From: Eubacteriales bacterium | GTDB lineage: Bacteria > Bacillota > Clostridia > Oscillospirales > CAG-272 | Reading direction: 5' to 3' | Length of the DNA: 63,061 bases | NCBI GenBank assembly: GCA_045535095.1 | Contig: JAZSKY010000002.1 | Location: forward strand, 1 to 63,061 | Shown here: piece by piece, positions 37,524 through 46,656 of the stretch | Position numbering within the stretch: the stretch's first letter is position 1 | How the letters are laid out: every line of letters starts with the position of its first letter | The notes under the pieces: model-generated | The model's input: only the letters and a program-made list of their open reading frames with translations | Database searches by the model: none | What the model was told of the DNA's origin: nothing | Translations under genes and position numbers: made by a program

Positions 37524-38066
37524 TTATAAGGTGTGACTCATATACTCATTGCCATCAAGATCCTTCCACGTAAAGCGTCCGTTTTCGAGCGTCATATACG
37601 AGTGCGGCGAGTTCTCCTTGGGTATGGAAACAGAGCCGGGATTCATATAAATATTCTCTCCGAATTTTTCGCATTTCGGGACGTGCGTGTGTCCGTGAAG
37701 AAGAACGTCTCCGCTTGAGATCGGCGGCGGATTCTGAGTGTTGAAAACGTGTCCGTGGGTGATAAATACGGTTTTTTCGCCCTGCGAAAGAAGAGCGTAG
37801 TCAGCGAGAATAGGGAAGCTAAGCACCATCTGATCGACCTCGGTATCGCAGTTTCCTCTGACGCAAAGAAGCCTGTTCTTCATGGGATTCAGCATTTCGA
37901 TAACCTTCTTGGGTGCATATCCCTCGGGGAGATCGTTTCTCGGTCCGTGATAGAGAATGTCTCCAAGAATTATCATTTTGTCCGCACCCTCGCGCTCAAG
38001 GGCGCAAAGGAGCTTTTCGCAGTAGTATGCGGAGCCGTGTATATCTGAAGCAATGAGAAATTTCAT
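37524..38066 (-). CDS. yfcE: YfcE/MJ0936 family metallophosphoesterase
   Basis: SDIHGS, LGDILYHGPRN, VRGNCD, THGH, HGHTH, NPGSVSIPK. Confidence 0.92.
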   Translation of the reverse strand: MKFLIASDIHGSAYYCEKLLCALEREGADKMIILGDILYHGPRNDLPEGYAPKKVIEMLNPMKNRLLCVRGNCDTEVDQMVLSFPILADYALLSQGEKTVFITHGHVFNTQNPPPISSGDVLLHGHTHVPKCEKFGENIYMNPGSVSIPKENSPHSYMTLENGRFTWKDLDGNEYMSHTL

Positions 38067-38096
38067 ATAAATATCCTTTCAAGGTGACTTTTTTAC

Positions 38097-38125
38097 ATTA
38101 TAAACCGCTGTGGCGTCCTTGTCAA
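38097..38125 (-). promoter_or_regulatory. Sigma-A promoter for yfcE
   Basis: TTGACA-17-TATAAT. Confidence 0.85.
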
Positions 38126-38206
38126 GCGCTTTTTTCGCTTTGTACTGCGCAACTCCCGATTTTTTCAAAAAAGTGTGAAGAAAAAGTTAATTCGTTTAAA
38201 GAACTA

Positions 38207-38235
38207 TTGAAATTATTTGAAATATATTATATAAT
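38207..38235 (+). promoter_or_regulatory. Sigma-A promoter for the deaminase-rimI-tsaD operon
   Basis: TTGAAA-17-TATAAT. Confidence 0.7.
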
Positions 38236-38321
38236 ATGTTGTTAAATTCGATATTTCTGCGTTTTTCACATTTTTTCGCTTGAAACGGGCGAAAAAACGC
38301 GGAGCAAGGAAGGATAAAACA

Positions 38322-38810
38322 GTGGAAAGAGTAAGTAAACCCAATTATTATCTCGATATAGCGAGAACAGTTGCAACTAGATCGACCTGCCTGAGAAAGA
38401 AATTCGGAGCGGTCATAGTAAACGAGGATACTATCGTATCAACGGGATACAACGGCGCGCCGCGTGGCAGACAGAACTGCGATAAGCTTGGAAACTGTAT
38501 GCGCGATAAGCTCGGAATTCCGAGAGGAGAGCGCTATGAGCTTTGCAGATCGGTACACGCAGAGCAGAACGCGATAATTGCCGCCTCCCGCGAGCGTATG
38601 ATAGGCTCAACTCTCTATCTCGCTTGTCTCGACAGTAAGACGGGCGAGCTTGTAGGAGACGTTACCTGTTGTATGATGTGCAAGCGTACCGTTATAAACG
38701 CAGGCATTGAAAACGTGGTTATAAAAACCGGAGAAAACGAGTTCAAGACCATTAAGGTCAGAGACTGGATATTAAACGACGACAGTCTTTCGGGAGTATT
38801 CGGATACTGA
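38322..38810 (+). CDS. dCMP/cytidine deaminase family protein (GTG start at 38322)
   Basis: RSTCLRKKFGAVIV, STGYNGAPRG, HAEQNA, CMMC zinc ligands. Confidence 0.88.
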   Translation: MERVSKPNYYLDIARTVATRSTCLRKKFGAVIVNEDTIVSTGYNGAPRGRQNCDKLGNCMRDKLGIPRGERYELCRSVHAEQNAIIAASRERMIGSTLYLACLDSKTGELVGDVTCCMMCKRTVINAGIENVVIKTGENEFKTIKVRDWILNDDSLSGVFGY

Positions 38811-38848
38811 TATTTTAAGTCAAAGCAAACTGAAAGGATCGCTAAAAG

Positions 38849-39565
38849 ATGAAAAAGGACTCGACAGTCGAAAAAAAGAATAGCATAAGACCGTGGCTGA
38901 TCGCGCTTTCGATCGTCCTTTTCGTTCTTCTGATCACCGCGCTCGCATACTTTCTCGAGGGCTATCACCACGTGAGAAGAATATCGTACGATGCAGATAG
39001 CGACACGCTTTACGACAAACGTCACGACATTACCTACGTTCGTGCGCCCGAGTGCTATGAGCCGGTAAGACTTTCCAAAAACGCTTACGCAAAGGACGGT
39101 GAGCTGAAATACTATCAGCTTGGCTATCTTGATGCAGACGGAAACGAGCAGCTTATTTCGGTTACCGATATGCTTTCGACATCAAGAGACAGCGGATCGG
39201 TGATATATTATAATCCGGATACGGTAAAGATGCCCGAGCTTCGCGATTTCGGTGCAAACGTAATATACGCCTGCGACTACTATAACACGCTCGATCAGCT
39301 TTCAGAGAGCGAAACGAGAGTGTTCATTGAGTCCTATCTCAAATCAAACGAGGCGTCTGTTATGAGCGCGGACGAATTTTTCACGCTTCGCGTAAGATCG
39401 TCCGAATATCCGCATCTTTCTTACAGAATGAATCTTTTCTGGGAAAATGACACCTTTTACGTGCAGGACGTAGTCACAACCAAAACATACGAGCTTCCTG
39501 CAAACGCGCAGAGAATATTTGACAAAGAGCGTCTTTCCCTTATTGCAGAGGGTGGATCGAAATGA
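38849..39565 (+). CDS. Hypothetical single-TM membrane-anchored protein
   Basis: 238-aa ORF with an N-terminal TM; ATGA overlap with rimI. Confidence 0.75.
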   Translation: MKKDSTVEKKNSIRPWLIALSIVLFVLLITALAYFLEGYHHVRRISYDADSDTLYDKRHDITYVRAPECYEPVRLSKNAYAKDGELKYYQLGYLDADGNEQLISVTDMLSTSRDSGSVIYYNPDTVKMPELRDFGANVIYACDYYNTLDQLSESETRVFIESYLKSNEASVMSADEFFTLRVRSSEYPHLSYRMNLFWENDTFYVQDVVTTKTYELPANAQRIFDKERLSLIAEGGSK

Positions 39566-40002
39566 GTCTTAGGATAGTACCTTTTGAGGAAAAATATCTC
39601 GACTCTATCTGCGAAATAGAGAACGCAAGCTTTAGTGATCCGTGGTCGAAAAACGCATTTTGCGACTTTTCCTCGTCAATATACGCGATATACCTCGCGC
39701 TTGACGGCGAAAACGACATTTGCGGATATATCGTTGCTTCCTTTATCTCTCCCGAGTGTGAGATATTAAATCTTGCTGTGTCGCCCTCGTTCAGAAGAAG
39801 AGGAATCGCAGACAGTCTCCTTGAATTTCTCTTTGAAGAGGCGAAAAGAAGAGACTGCGACACTGTGCTTCTTGACGTGAGAGCGTCAAATACGCCTGCA
39901 ATATCTCTTTATGAAAAGCACGGCTTTTACAAGGTGGGCGTGCGCAAAAGATATTATGCGGGTCCGGTCGAAGATGCACTACTGATGGACAGAAATTTAT
40001 AA
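39562..40002 (+). CDS. rimI: Ribosomal-protein-alanine N-acetyltransferase
   Basis: IENASFSDPWS, EILNLAVSPSFRRRGIA, VRASNTPAISLYEKHGF, YYAGPVEDAL. Confidence 0.92.
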   Translation: MSLRIVPFEEKYLDSICEIENASFSDPWSKNAFCDFSSSIYAIYLALDGENDICGYIVASFISPECEILNLAVSPSFRRRGIADSLLEFLFEEAKRRDCDTVLLDVRASNTPAISLYEKHGFYKVGVRKRYYAGPVEDALLMDRNL

Positions 40003-40018
40003 GTAAGAGGGAATTTAT

Positions 40019-40570
40019 ATGAAAGATAAACTTTACAATATTTTACAGAAGATCGGAGCACTTTTTCTGCTTAATATAGCCGTTATACTCGTATATCTGC
40101 TCATATCTCTTTTCTTTAAAATACCCGTTGTGCGTGAGCTGCTTGAGAGACATACCGACTCGTTCGTTCTTGTAATCGTGCTTTTGCGCGTTTACTGCAT
40201 AGCCTACTACGTCATTCTTGCTTTGGCAATATTTAAAAACGCGTCGGCAAAAAGAGCGTTTCTGAATGCTACCGCGGAGAGTGGGTACACCCTTCGTGAC
40301 GGAGCGCTTGATTATTTTAAAAACTATTTTATGAGCGATACTCTTGCAGTAGCGACGGTGTCGGTGATAGCGTATGCGCTCCTCGGAATGCTCGATATAG
40401 GTTTTGTAAAGCTTTTGTTTCTTCCGCAGCTTGCACTTTTCGGCTTCTTTTCGAACGGTGCGTGTGTAGTATATCTTGTACTGACTCTTGCGCTCAACTT
40501 CGTTTTAACGCTCGCGGCGCAGTATATCTGGGATAAAAACAGACTCGGAAGTCGCAAAGACGCTAATTGA
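40019..40570 (+). CDS. Hypothetical 4-TM membrane protein
   Basis: 183-aa ORF with SD and four hydrophobic segments, inside the operon. Confidence 0.7.
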   Translation: MKDKLYNILQKIGALFLLNIAVILVYLLISLFFKIPVVRELLERHTDSFVLVIVLLRVYCIAYYVILALAIFKNASAKRAFLNATAESGYTLRDGALDYFKNYFMSDTLAVATVSVIAYALLGMLDIGFVKLLFLPQLALFGFFSNGACVVYLVLTLALNFVLTLAAQYIWDKNRLGSRKDAN

Positions 40571-40593
40571 CACTCTAAAAGAAAGGTAATAAG

Positions 40594-41601
40594 ATGCTTA
40601 TTATTGCATTTGAGTCCTCGTGTGACGAAACTTCGGTTGCAGTTGCCGAGATCGACCAGAATAAATACGAAATACGCTCGAATATCGTTGCCTCGCAGAT
40701 AGAAATGCACACCCTTTACGGCGGTGTCGTTCCCGAGATAGCGAGCAGAGCGCATACCGAGGCTATATCGAGACTGACATACGAGGCACTCGATAAGGCA
40801 GGCGTTACCCCCGAGGAAATAGACCTCGTTGCGGTCACGTCAAACCCCGGACTTATCGGAGCGCTGCTTGTCGGAGTCGGCTTTGCAAAAGGCTTTGCCG
40901 CTGCATACAACAAGCCGATAGTAGCGGTAAACCACATTAAAGGACATACCGCGGCGGCGTATTACGCGCACGAAGGTCTTAAAGCACCCTTTTTCGCGCT
41001 CGTTGCTTCGGGCGGACACACCTCCCTTATCGACGTAAAGAGTCCGTCTGAATATATTACGGTCGGAAGAACGCGCGACGATGCGGCAGGAGAAGCCTTT
41101 GATAAGGTTGCAAGAGTGCTTGGCATCGGTTATCCGGGCGGCGCAGTTATGGATAAGCTCGCTTACGAGGGCGATCCGAAGGCGATAAAGCTTCCGAGTC
41201 CCGCACTTGCAGACTCGATAGATTTCTCGTTCAGCGGTCTTAAAACTGCCGTTATAAATTACGTTAATACCGCAAGGCAAAAGGGCGTTGAAATATCGCA
41301 CGCCGATATTGCCGCTTCCTTTACCGCTTCGGTGGTTGGCGCGATAATAAAGAATCTTGAAAAGGCACACGGGATATACGGCTACGAGACTCTCGTTATC
41401 GCAGGAGGAGTTGCCGCAAACTCGCATCTTCGCGCGGCGGCAGAAAAGCTTGCCGAGAGACTCGGCGTACGCCTTTGTTTCCCTGATAAATCGCTTTGCG
41501 GAGACAATGCCGCGATGATAGCCGCTCAGGCTTATCACGAATTTTGCGCGGGAAATATGGCTGACAGCACGCTTAACGCGTATTCCTATCAGGAGACCTG
41601 A
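40594..41601 (+). CDS. tsaD: tRNA N6-adenosine threonylcarbamoyltransferase
   Basis: ESSCDET, GGVVPEIASRAH, NHIKGH, SGGHT, DDAAGEAFDKVAR, FSFSGLKTA, DNAAMI. Confidence 0.96.
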   Translation: MLIIAFESSCDETSVAVAEIDQNKYEIRSNIVASQIEMHTLYGGVVPEIASRAHTEAISRLTYEALDKAGVTPEEIDLVAVTSNPGLIGALLVGVGFAKGFAAAYNKPIVAVNHIKGHTAAAYYAHEGLKAPFFALVASGGHTSLIDVKSPSEYITVGRTRDDAAGEAFDKVARVLGIGYPGGAVMDKLAYEGDPKAIKLPSPALADSIDFSFSGLKTAVINYVNTARQKGVEISHADIAASFTASVVGAIIKNLEKAHGIYGYETLVIAGGVAANSHLRAAAEKLAERLGVRLCFPDKSLCGDNAAMIAAQAYHEFCAGNMADSTLNAYSYQET

Positions 41602-41732
41602 AATTTTTGGTGATTTCGACAAATTTTTCGCGGCATAATGACGTCAAAAACGCCTGAAAATGTATATTTTTCTGTATATACAAAAACCGAAAAGATTTAT
41701 TCCACCCATAAAATTATGGTAAAAAATGCACT

Positions 41733-41853
41733 CTTTCCACAAAAAATGCCTTAAAATCGGTACTTGTTGTGGAAAACTCTGTGGATACTGTGGATAATTT
41801 ACACTTTTCACACATAAGAAAATTATACCAAAAAACTGTATGCAATTTGCACA
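41733..41853. promoter_or_regulatory. DnaA-box cluster
   Basis: Perfect TTATCCACA (minus, 41789-41797), adjacent GTATCCACA (41780-41788), TTTTCCACA (41768-41776), CTTTCCACA (plus, 41733-41741), weaker TTTCACACA (41806-41814) and ATTTGCACA (41845-41853). Confidence 0.75.
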
Positions 41854-41905
41854 AAAGCAATTTTGAATATTTAATCCAAATCAATATAAGAGAGGTAAAA
41901 AAACA

Positions 41906-43096
41906 ATGGAAAACATGGTAAACGTAAAGGAAAAGTACAGTAGCGAGATCGATAGCGCGGTAGAAAAGTACAGAGCGCTTCTCGAATCTCAGCTTGCGAG
42001 AGTTGAGCGCATCAACGCGTCCAAGGAAACCGTTGATTATAAGAGTCTCGACAAGATAATAATCGGCGTTTGCGGCGGAGACGGAATCGGTCCCGTTATC
42101 ACAGGCGCGGCTATGAAGGTTCTTGAGTACCTTCTCGACGGCGAAGTCAAAAAGGGGAAGGTAGAGTTTAGAGTTATCGACGGACTTACCATTGAAAACA
42201 GAGCGGCGCAGAACAAGGCTATTCCCGAGGACGTTCTCGAGGAGCTTAAAAAGTGCACCGTTATACTTAAAGGACCGACCACTACTCCCCGTGCAGGCGA
42301 TCCGTGGCCGAATATCGAGAGCGCAAACGTTGCAATGAGAAAGGAACTCGATCTTTTTGCAAACGTACGTCCCGTAAAGGTGCCCGAAAAAGGAATCGAC
42401 TGGACCTTCTTCCGCGAGAATACCGAGGGTAGCTACGCGGTTGGAAGCCAGGGTGTGAACGTTTCCGACGATCTCGCACTCGATTTCTGCGTTACCACCA
42501 CCGAGGGAACAGAGAGAATCGCACGTCTTGCATTTGAGTTCGCACGCGCAAACGGCAAGAAGAGAGTTTCGATAGTTACCAAGGCAAACGTTATCAAGAC
42601 CACCGACGGTAAGTTCCTGCGCATCTGCGAGGAGATCGGTAAGGAATATCCCGAGATAACTACCGACGAATGGTTCATAGATATTATGACCGCAAAGCTC
42701 GTTGACGAGAAGCGCCGTACCGATTTCCAGGTATTCATTCTTCCTAACCTCTACGGTGACATCATTACCGACGAGGCGGCAGAGTTCCAGGGCGGCGTAG
42801 GTACTGCGGGAAGCGCTAACATCGGTAAGAAGTACGCAATGTTCGAGGCTATCCACGGAAGCGCACCCAGAATGGTCAAGGAAGGACGCGCTAAGTACGC
42901 AGATCCTTGCTCGACTCTCCGTGCCGCAGCACTCCTTCTTTCGCACATCGGATACCAGAGCGAGGCGGACAGACTTTCCGCGGCGCTTGACAAGTGTATG
43001 TTCACCGAGAAGAAGCTCGTCGTTACCGGTAGAGATACGGGTGCTACCTGCGAGCAGTTTGCAGATTACGTTACCGAGACTCTCAAGTCTCTCTGA
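41906..43096 (+). CDS. Isocitrate/isopropylmalate dehydrogenase family protein (probably NAD-dependent IDH-like)
   Basis: GGDGIGP, ILKGPTTTP, NVAMRKELDLFANVRPV, VTKANVIKTTDGKF, NLYGDIITD, FEAIHGSAP. Confidence 0.9.
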   Translation: MENMVNVKEKYSSEIDSAVEKYRALLESQLARVERINASKETVDYKSLDKIIIGVCGGDGIGPVITGAAMKVLEYLLDGEVKKGKVEFRVIDGLTIENRAAQNKAIPEDVLEELKKCTVILKGPTTTPRAGDPWPNIESANVAMRKELDLFANVRPVKVPEKGIDWTFFRENTEGSYAVGSQGVNVSDDLALDFCVTTTEGTERIARLAFEFARANGKKRVSIVTKANVIKTTDGKFLRICEEIGKEYPEITTDEWFIDIMTAKLVDEKRRTDFQVFILPNLYGDIITDEAAEFQGGVGTAGSANIGKKYAMFEAIHGSAPRMVKEGRAKYADPCSTLRAAALLLSHIGYQSEADRLSAALDKCMFTEKKLVVTGRDTGATCEQFADYVTETLKSL

Positions 43097-43123
43097 TAAA
43101 ATTAAGAAAACGGAGATAATTAT

Positions 43124-43795
43124 ATGTCAAAACCGATAAAGGGCATTGACTTTAACAGAAAAAACGAGATACCTCAGGCGGTTATCAACCGCCTTCCGAG
43201 GTATTACAGATATTTAAGTCATCTTGTTTCAAAGGGCGAATACAGAATCAGCTCGCTCGCTCTGTCCAGACTTATGGGTACGACTGCGTCCCAGATACGT
43301 CAGGATCTTAACTATTTCGGCGGCTTCGGTCAGCAGGGATACGGATACAACACCAAAAATCTCTGCGATCGCATCGGCGATATTCTCGGAAACAACGATT
43401 GCTACAATACTATTATAATAGGAGCGGGAAATCTCGGTCGCGCTATTGCGACGTCGTCCTCGTTTGCTCATACCGGAATGTTCCTTAAGGGACTTTTCGA
43501 CGTAAAAAGCGAGCTTATCGGCGAGATGGTAAACGGATGCGAGATAAGACATTTTGACGATATCGACGATTTCTTTGCAGGAAACAGAGTTGACGTTGCA
43601 ATTCTTGCGCTTCCGTCCGAGGCGGCAGTATCGGTTGCAAAGAAGCTCGTTGACCTCGGAATTCAGGGAATCTGGAATTTCTCCGAGGCAGAGCTCGATG
43701 TTGATCCGACGAAGGTTGCGCTCAGAGACGTGCATCTTGTTGACTCCTTTATGACTCTTTGCTTCGACGTAAAGAGAAACGAACAAAAAAACTGA
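43124..43795 (+). CDS. rex: Redox-sensing transcriptional repressor Rex
   Basis: RLPRYYRYL, ISSLALS, SQIRQDLNYFGGFGQQGYGY, IGAGNLG, GIWNF. Confidence 0.95.
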   Translation: MSKPIKGIDFNRKNEIPQAVINRLPRYYRYLSHLVSKGEYRISSLALSRLMGTTASQIRQDLNYFGGFGQQGYGYNTKNLCDRIGDILGNNDCYNTIIIGAGNLGRAIATSSSFAHTGMFLKGLFDVKSELIGEMVNGCEIRHFDDIDDFFAGNRVDVAILALPSEAAVSVAKKLVDLGIQGIWNFSEAELDVDPTKVALRDVHLVDSFMTLCFDVKRNEQKN

Positions 43796-43814
43796 TCTAA
43801 GAAAGACGGATAGT

Positions 43815-44798
43815 ATGATACTTAACGTAGAATTCGGAAACGGAGTTATATCTCTTCCCGAAAAGACTCTCGATATTCTCGGCAGAGCGTCCGAGCTTGA
43901 AATAAAGCTTCTTCTCCTTATATGCTCGAGTAGCGCGCTTCGTGAGGATTTCTCCGTCACGGAGGCGGCAAGTACGCTTTCGGTCGGCGAGGACGAGATA
44001 GATCGCGCAATAGCGTTTCTTTCGGGCGCAGGTCTTGTTACCGTAAATAACGGCGAGAAGAAAAATATCTCGGTCCGCGTGAAGAAATCGGGCGGAGCGG
44101 CAGTGACAGTTGTAAAGTCGGGAAATGATACCCCCGTATATACAGGACCTGAGATCGAGGAGATATTCAGACAAAACGATAAGCTCGGCGGACTCGTTGA
44201 CACCTGTCAGAGAATACTCGGCAAGATGTTTACTCTTGTTGAAATAAACAGAATAATCGCTCTGTACGATCTTTACAGACTTGACAGAGAATATATTGAA
44301 AAGCTTTCAAATTACGCGGTAAGTATCGGAAAACCGTCTGTGCCGTACGTTGATAAAATGGCGCGCGAGCTTTATGAGCAGGGTATAACCACCGCAGAAA
44401 GTCTTGAAAAGAGACTTTCCGAGCTTACAAGAGCGCACACTCTTGAATCGTTCGTGCGCAGACTTTTCGGTCTTGGCGAGAGAAAGCTGACCGCAAAGGA
44501 AAACAAGTTTATCGAGCAGTGGGTATCCTTTGAATATCCCGAGGATATGATAGAGCTTGCTTACGAAATAGCGGTAGATAATGGCACTGACAATTATTTC
44601 CCTTATATGAATAAGGTGCTGACTAATTGGCGAGACGCAGGTCACAAGACTTCGGAGGCGGTAATTGAGTCGATAGAGAAATACAGACTCGCTAAAAAGG
44701 ACTCCAAGGGAACTCCTCAAAGCGAAATAGAACAAGCGATACTTATGAGCTCCAAGCTTAGAGCAAAAAAGCAGCTTGAAGGAAAAAAGGATAACTAA
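43815..44798 (+). CDS. DnaD/DnaB_2 domain replication protein
   Basis: Two DnaB_2-like helical domains (VPYVDKMARELYEQGITT; YMNKVLTNWRDAG); directly upstream of a DnaC-like ATPase. Confidence 0.8.
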   Translation: MILNVEFGNGVISLPEKTLDILGRASELEIKLLLLICSSSALREDFSVTEAASTLSVGEDEIDRAIAFLSGAGLVTVNNGEKKNISVRVKKSGGAAVTVVKSGNDTPVYTGPEIEEIFRQNDKLGGLVDTCQRILGKMFTLVEINRIIALYDLYRLDREYIEKLSNYAVSIGKPSVPYVDKMARELYEQGITTAESLEKRLSELTRAHTLESFVRRLFGLGERKLTAKENKFIEQWVSFEYPEDMIELAYEIAVDNGTDNYFPYMNKVLTNWRDAGHKTSEAVIESIEKYRLAKKDSKGTPQSEIEQAILMSSKLRAKKQLEGKKDN

Positions 44799-44837
44799 TA
44801 CATAAAATACAGATTCATACGGAAGGAAAATGCTAAA

Positions 44838-45815
44838 ATGGCGTATAATAGCGAAGCATTTAAAAAGGTTATGGACGACTACGCCGCAAAACGCGCGGCG
44901 GCAATAGATGAGGCAAACAGACGTCTTGACGACGTTATTGAAAAATGCCCCGAAATAAAGATGATAGATACCGCTCTTGCAGGTACCGGCGTTGCTATAA
45001 TGGAGGCTATCTCCTACGGTCGCGACGGTATTGAAGAGAGAATAAATAAAATAAGAAAGAATAACGAGGAGCTTCAGATGCAAAGAGCAGACTGCCTCTC
45101 GCTTCTCGGCTATCTCCCTGACCACACCGAGCCTCATTTTGAGTGTAGCGAGTGTAAGGATACGGGATACGACTCGAACGCGCGTCTCTGCAAGTGCTTC
45201 AAAAAGGCGCTTATGCTTGAGACCTGCCGCCGCTCGGGACTTGGACGTCTTGTTGACATTCAGACCTTTGACAGCTATTCTCTTGAATATTTTGAGTACG
45301 ATAAGGACGTTTACGAGAATATGAGCGACGTTTTTGCCTTCTGCAAGAACTACGCGGAGACATTCTCGTCAAAGAGCGAAAACCTTATGCTTATCGGAAA
45401 TACCGGACTCGGAAAGACGCATCTTTCCACTGCTATTGCAGGTAAGGTCATCGAGCGCGGATTTGACGTTTGCTACGATACCGCAACCAACGTCTTTACC
45501 TCATTTGAAAATGAAAGATTCGGTAAGGAAAGCTCTAAATTCGCAACTCCTACCGAAAGATATTTCAGCTGCGATCTTCTTATTATTGACGACGTGGGAA
45601 CAGAGGCGGTAACACAGTTTACTATCTCCGCTCTCTACAATCTTATAAACACGAGAGCGATAAACGAAAAGCAGATAATGCTCAGCACCAACCTCACTCT
45701 TGAGGAAATGAAGAAAAAGTACGGAGACAGAATCGCTTCGAGACTTTTCGGAGAGTCTATCGTGCTTCAGTTTACGGGTAAGGATATACGCCTTCAAAAA
45801 ATAGGTGTGAACTGA
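44838..45815 (+). CDS. dnaC: DnaC/DnaI-like helicase loader ATPase
   Basis: CSECKDTGY...CKC zinc motif, GNTGLGKTHL, LLIIDDVGTE, STNL, RIASRL. Confidence 0.85.
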   Translation: MAYNSEAFKKVMDDYAAKRAAAIDEANRRLDDVIEKCPEIKMIDTALAGTGVAIMEAISYGRDGIEERINKIRKNNEELQMQRADCLSLLGYLPDHTEPHFECSECKDTGYDSNARLCKCFKKALMLETCRRSGLGRLVDIQTFDSYSLEYFEYDKDVYENMSDVFAFCKNYAETFSSKSENLMLIGNTGLGKTHLSTAIAGKVIERGFDVCYDTATNVFTSFENERFGKESSKFATPTERYFSCDLLIIDDVGTEAVTQFTISALYNLINTRAINEKQIMLSTNLTLEEMKKKYGDRIASRLFGESIVLQFTGKDIRLQKIGVN

Positions 45816-45816
45816 T

Positions 45817-46617
45817 ATGAATTTTTGCGATAAATTCAAGTTTGTCGAGGAAAAGGGTGTCGGAATATTCAGATCGGAGAATATATCGTCACCTCACGCC
45901 TTTTCGACGCGCCTTGGAGGTGTGAGCGAGGGCGAGCCGTTCAGATCGCTTAATCTCTCGTACGACAGAGGCGATCCGAATGAAAACGTGGATAAGAATT
46001 TCGATATATTCACCTCGCTTTTTGATTCCGATAAGGACAGCCTCGTCTGGTCGGGACAGATACATTCCGTAAACGTTTTAAAAGCCACGTCAAGCGACAA
46101 GGGAAAGGTCTATAACTGCTACGACGGATTCGTAACGAGCGATAAGGGAATTATCCTTTCCGTCTCGGTTGCGGACTGCACACCGATACTCCTTGAGGAC
46201 AGGGAAAACGGTGTCATCGGTGCGCTTCACGCGGGTTGGAGAGGTACTGTCGGCGGTATCGCGCGCGTTGGAGTTACTAAAATGACAGAGCTTGGCGCGG
46301 ACGCAAAAAAGATAAACGTAGCAATAGGAGCGTGTATTCACGACTGCTGCTACGAGGTCAAAGAGGATTTTTATAATTCTGTGGCAGAGATCGCAGGACA
46401 CGATTTTGCCGCAAGACATATAAAAAAGGACGCCTTCGGCGTCATGCACGCAAATATCGTTGCAATGAACTGCGAAATACTGCTTTCGAGCGGCATTCTG
46501 CCCGAAAACATCAGCATTTCTTCGAGATGCACCTGCTGTGAAAGTGATCTTTTCTTTTCGCACAGAGCGTCAAAGGGTGTTCGCGGCGGTATGAAAGCGG
46601 CAATAATGCTTAAATAA
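45817..46617 (+). CDS. pgeF: YfiH/PgeF family purine nucleoside phosphorylase / peptidoglycan editing factor
   Basis: FSTRLGGVS, QIHS, DGFVT, ADCTPILL, HAGWRG, CCYEV, CTCC, FFSHRA. Confidence 0.92.
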   Translation: MNFCDKFKFVEEKGVGIFRSENISSPHAFSTRLGGVSEGEPFRSLNLSYDRGDPNENVDKNFDIFTSLFDSDKDSLVWSGQIHSVNVLKATSSDKGKVYNCYDGFVTSDKGIILSVSVADCTPILLEDRENGVIGALHAGWRGTVGGIARVGVTKMTELGADAKKINVAIGACIHDCCYEVKEDFYNSVAEIAGHDFAARHIKKDAFGVMHANIVAMNCEILLSSGILPENISISSRCTCCESDLFFSHRASKGVRGGMKAAIMLK

Positions 46618-46656
46618 GTTACACATACAGATAAATGAAAGGTACGGTCAAAATCA

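Noticed and set aside
38322-38810. Deaminase as an anti-phage dCTP deaminase
   Set aside because: Short single-domain housekeeping type with no kinase domain and no defence context.
41838-41880. Rex operator upstream of idh-rex
   Set aside because: The best candidates match only one arm of TTGT(G/T)AA-N4-TT(C/A)ACAA.
41714-42946. 410-aa minus-strand ORF
   Set aside because: Antisense shadow of the dehydrogenase gene; its 3' part runs through the DnaA-box region.
43815-45815. DnaD + DnaC pair as a prophage replication module
   Set aside because: No integrase, repressor or structural genes; embedded between housekeeping genes with the same codon style.
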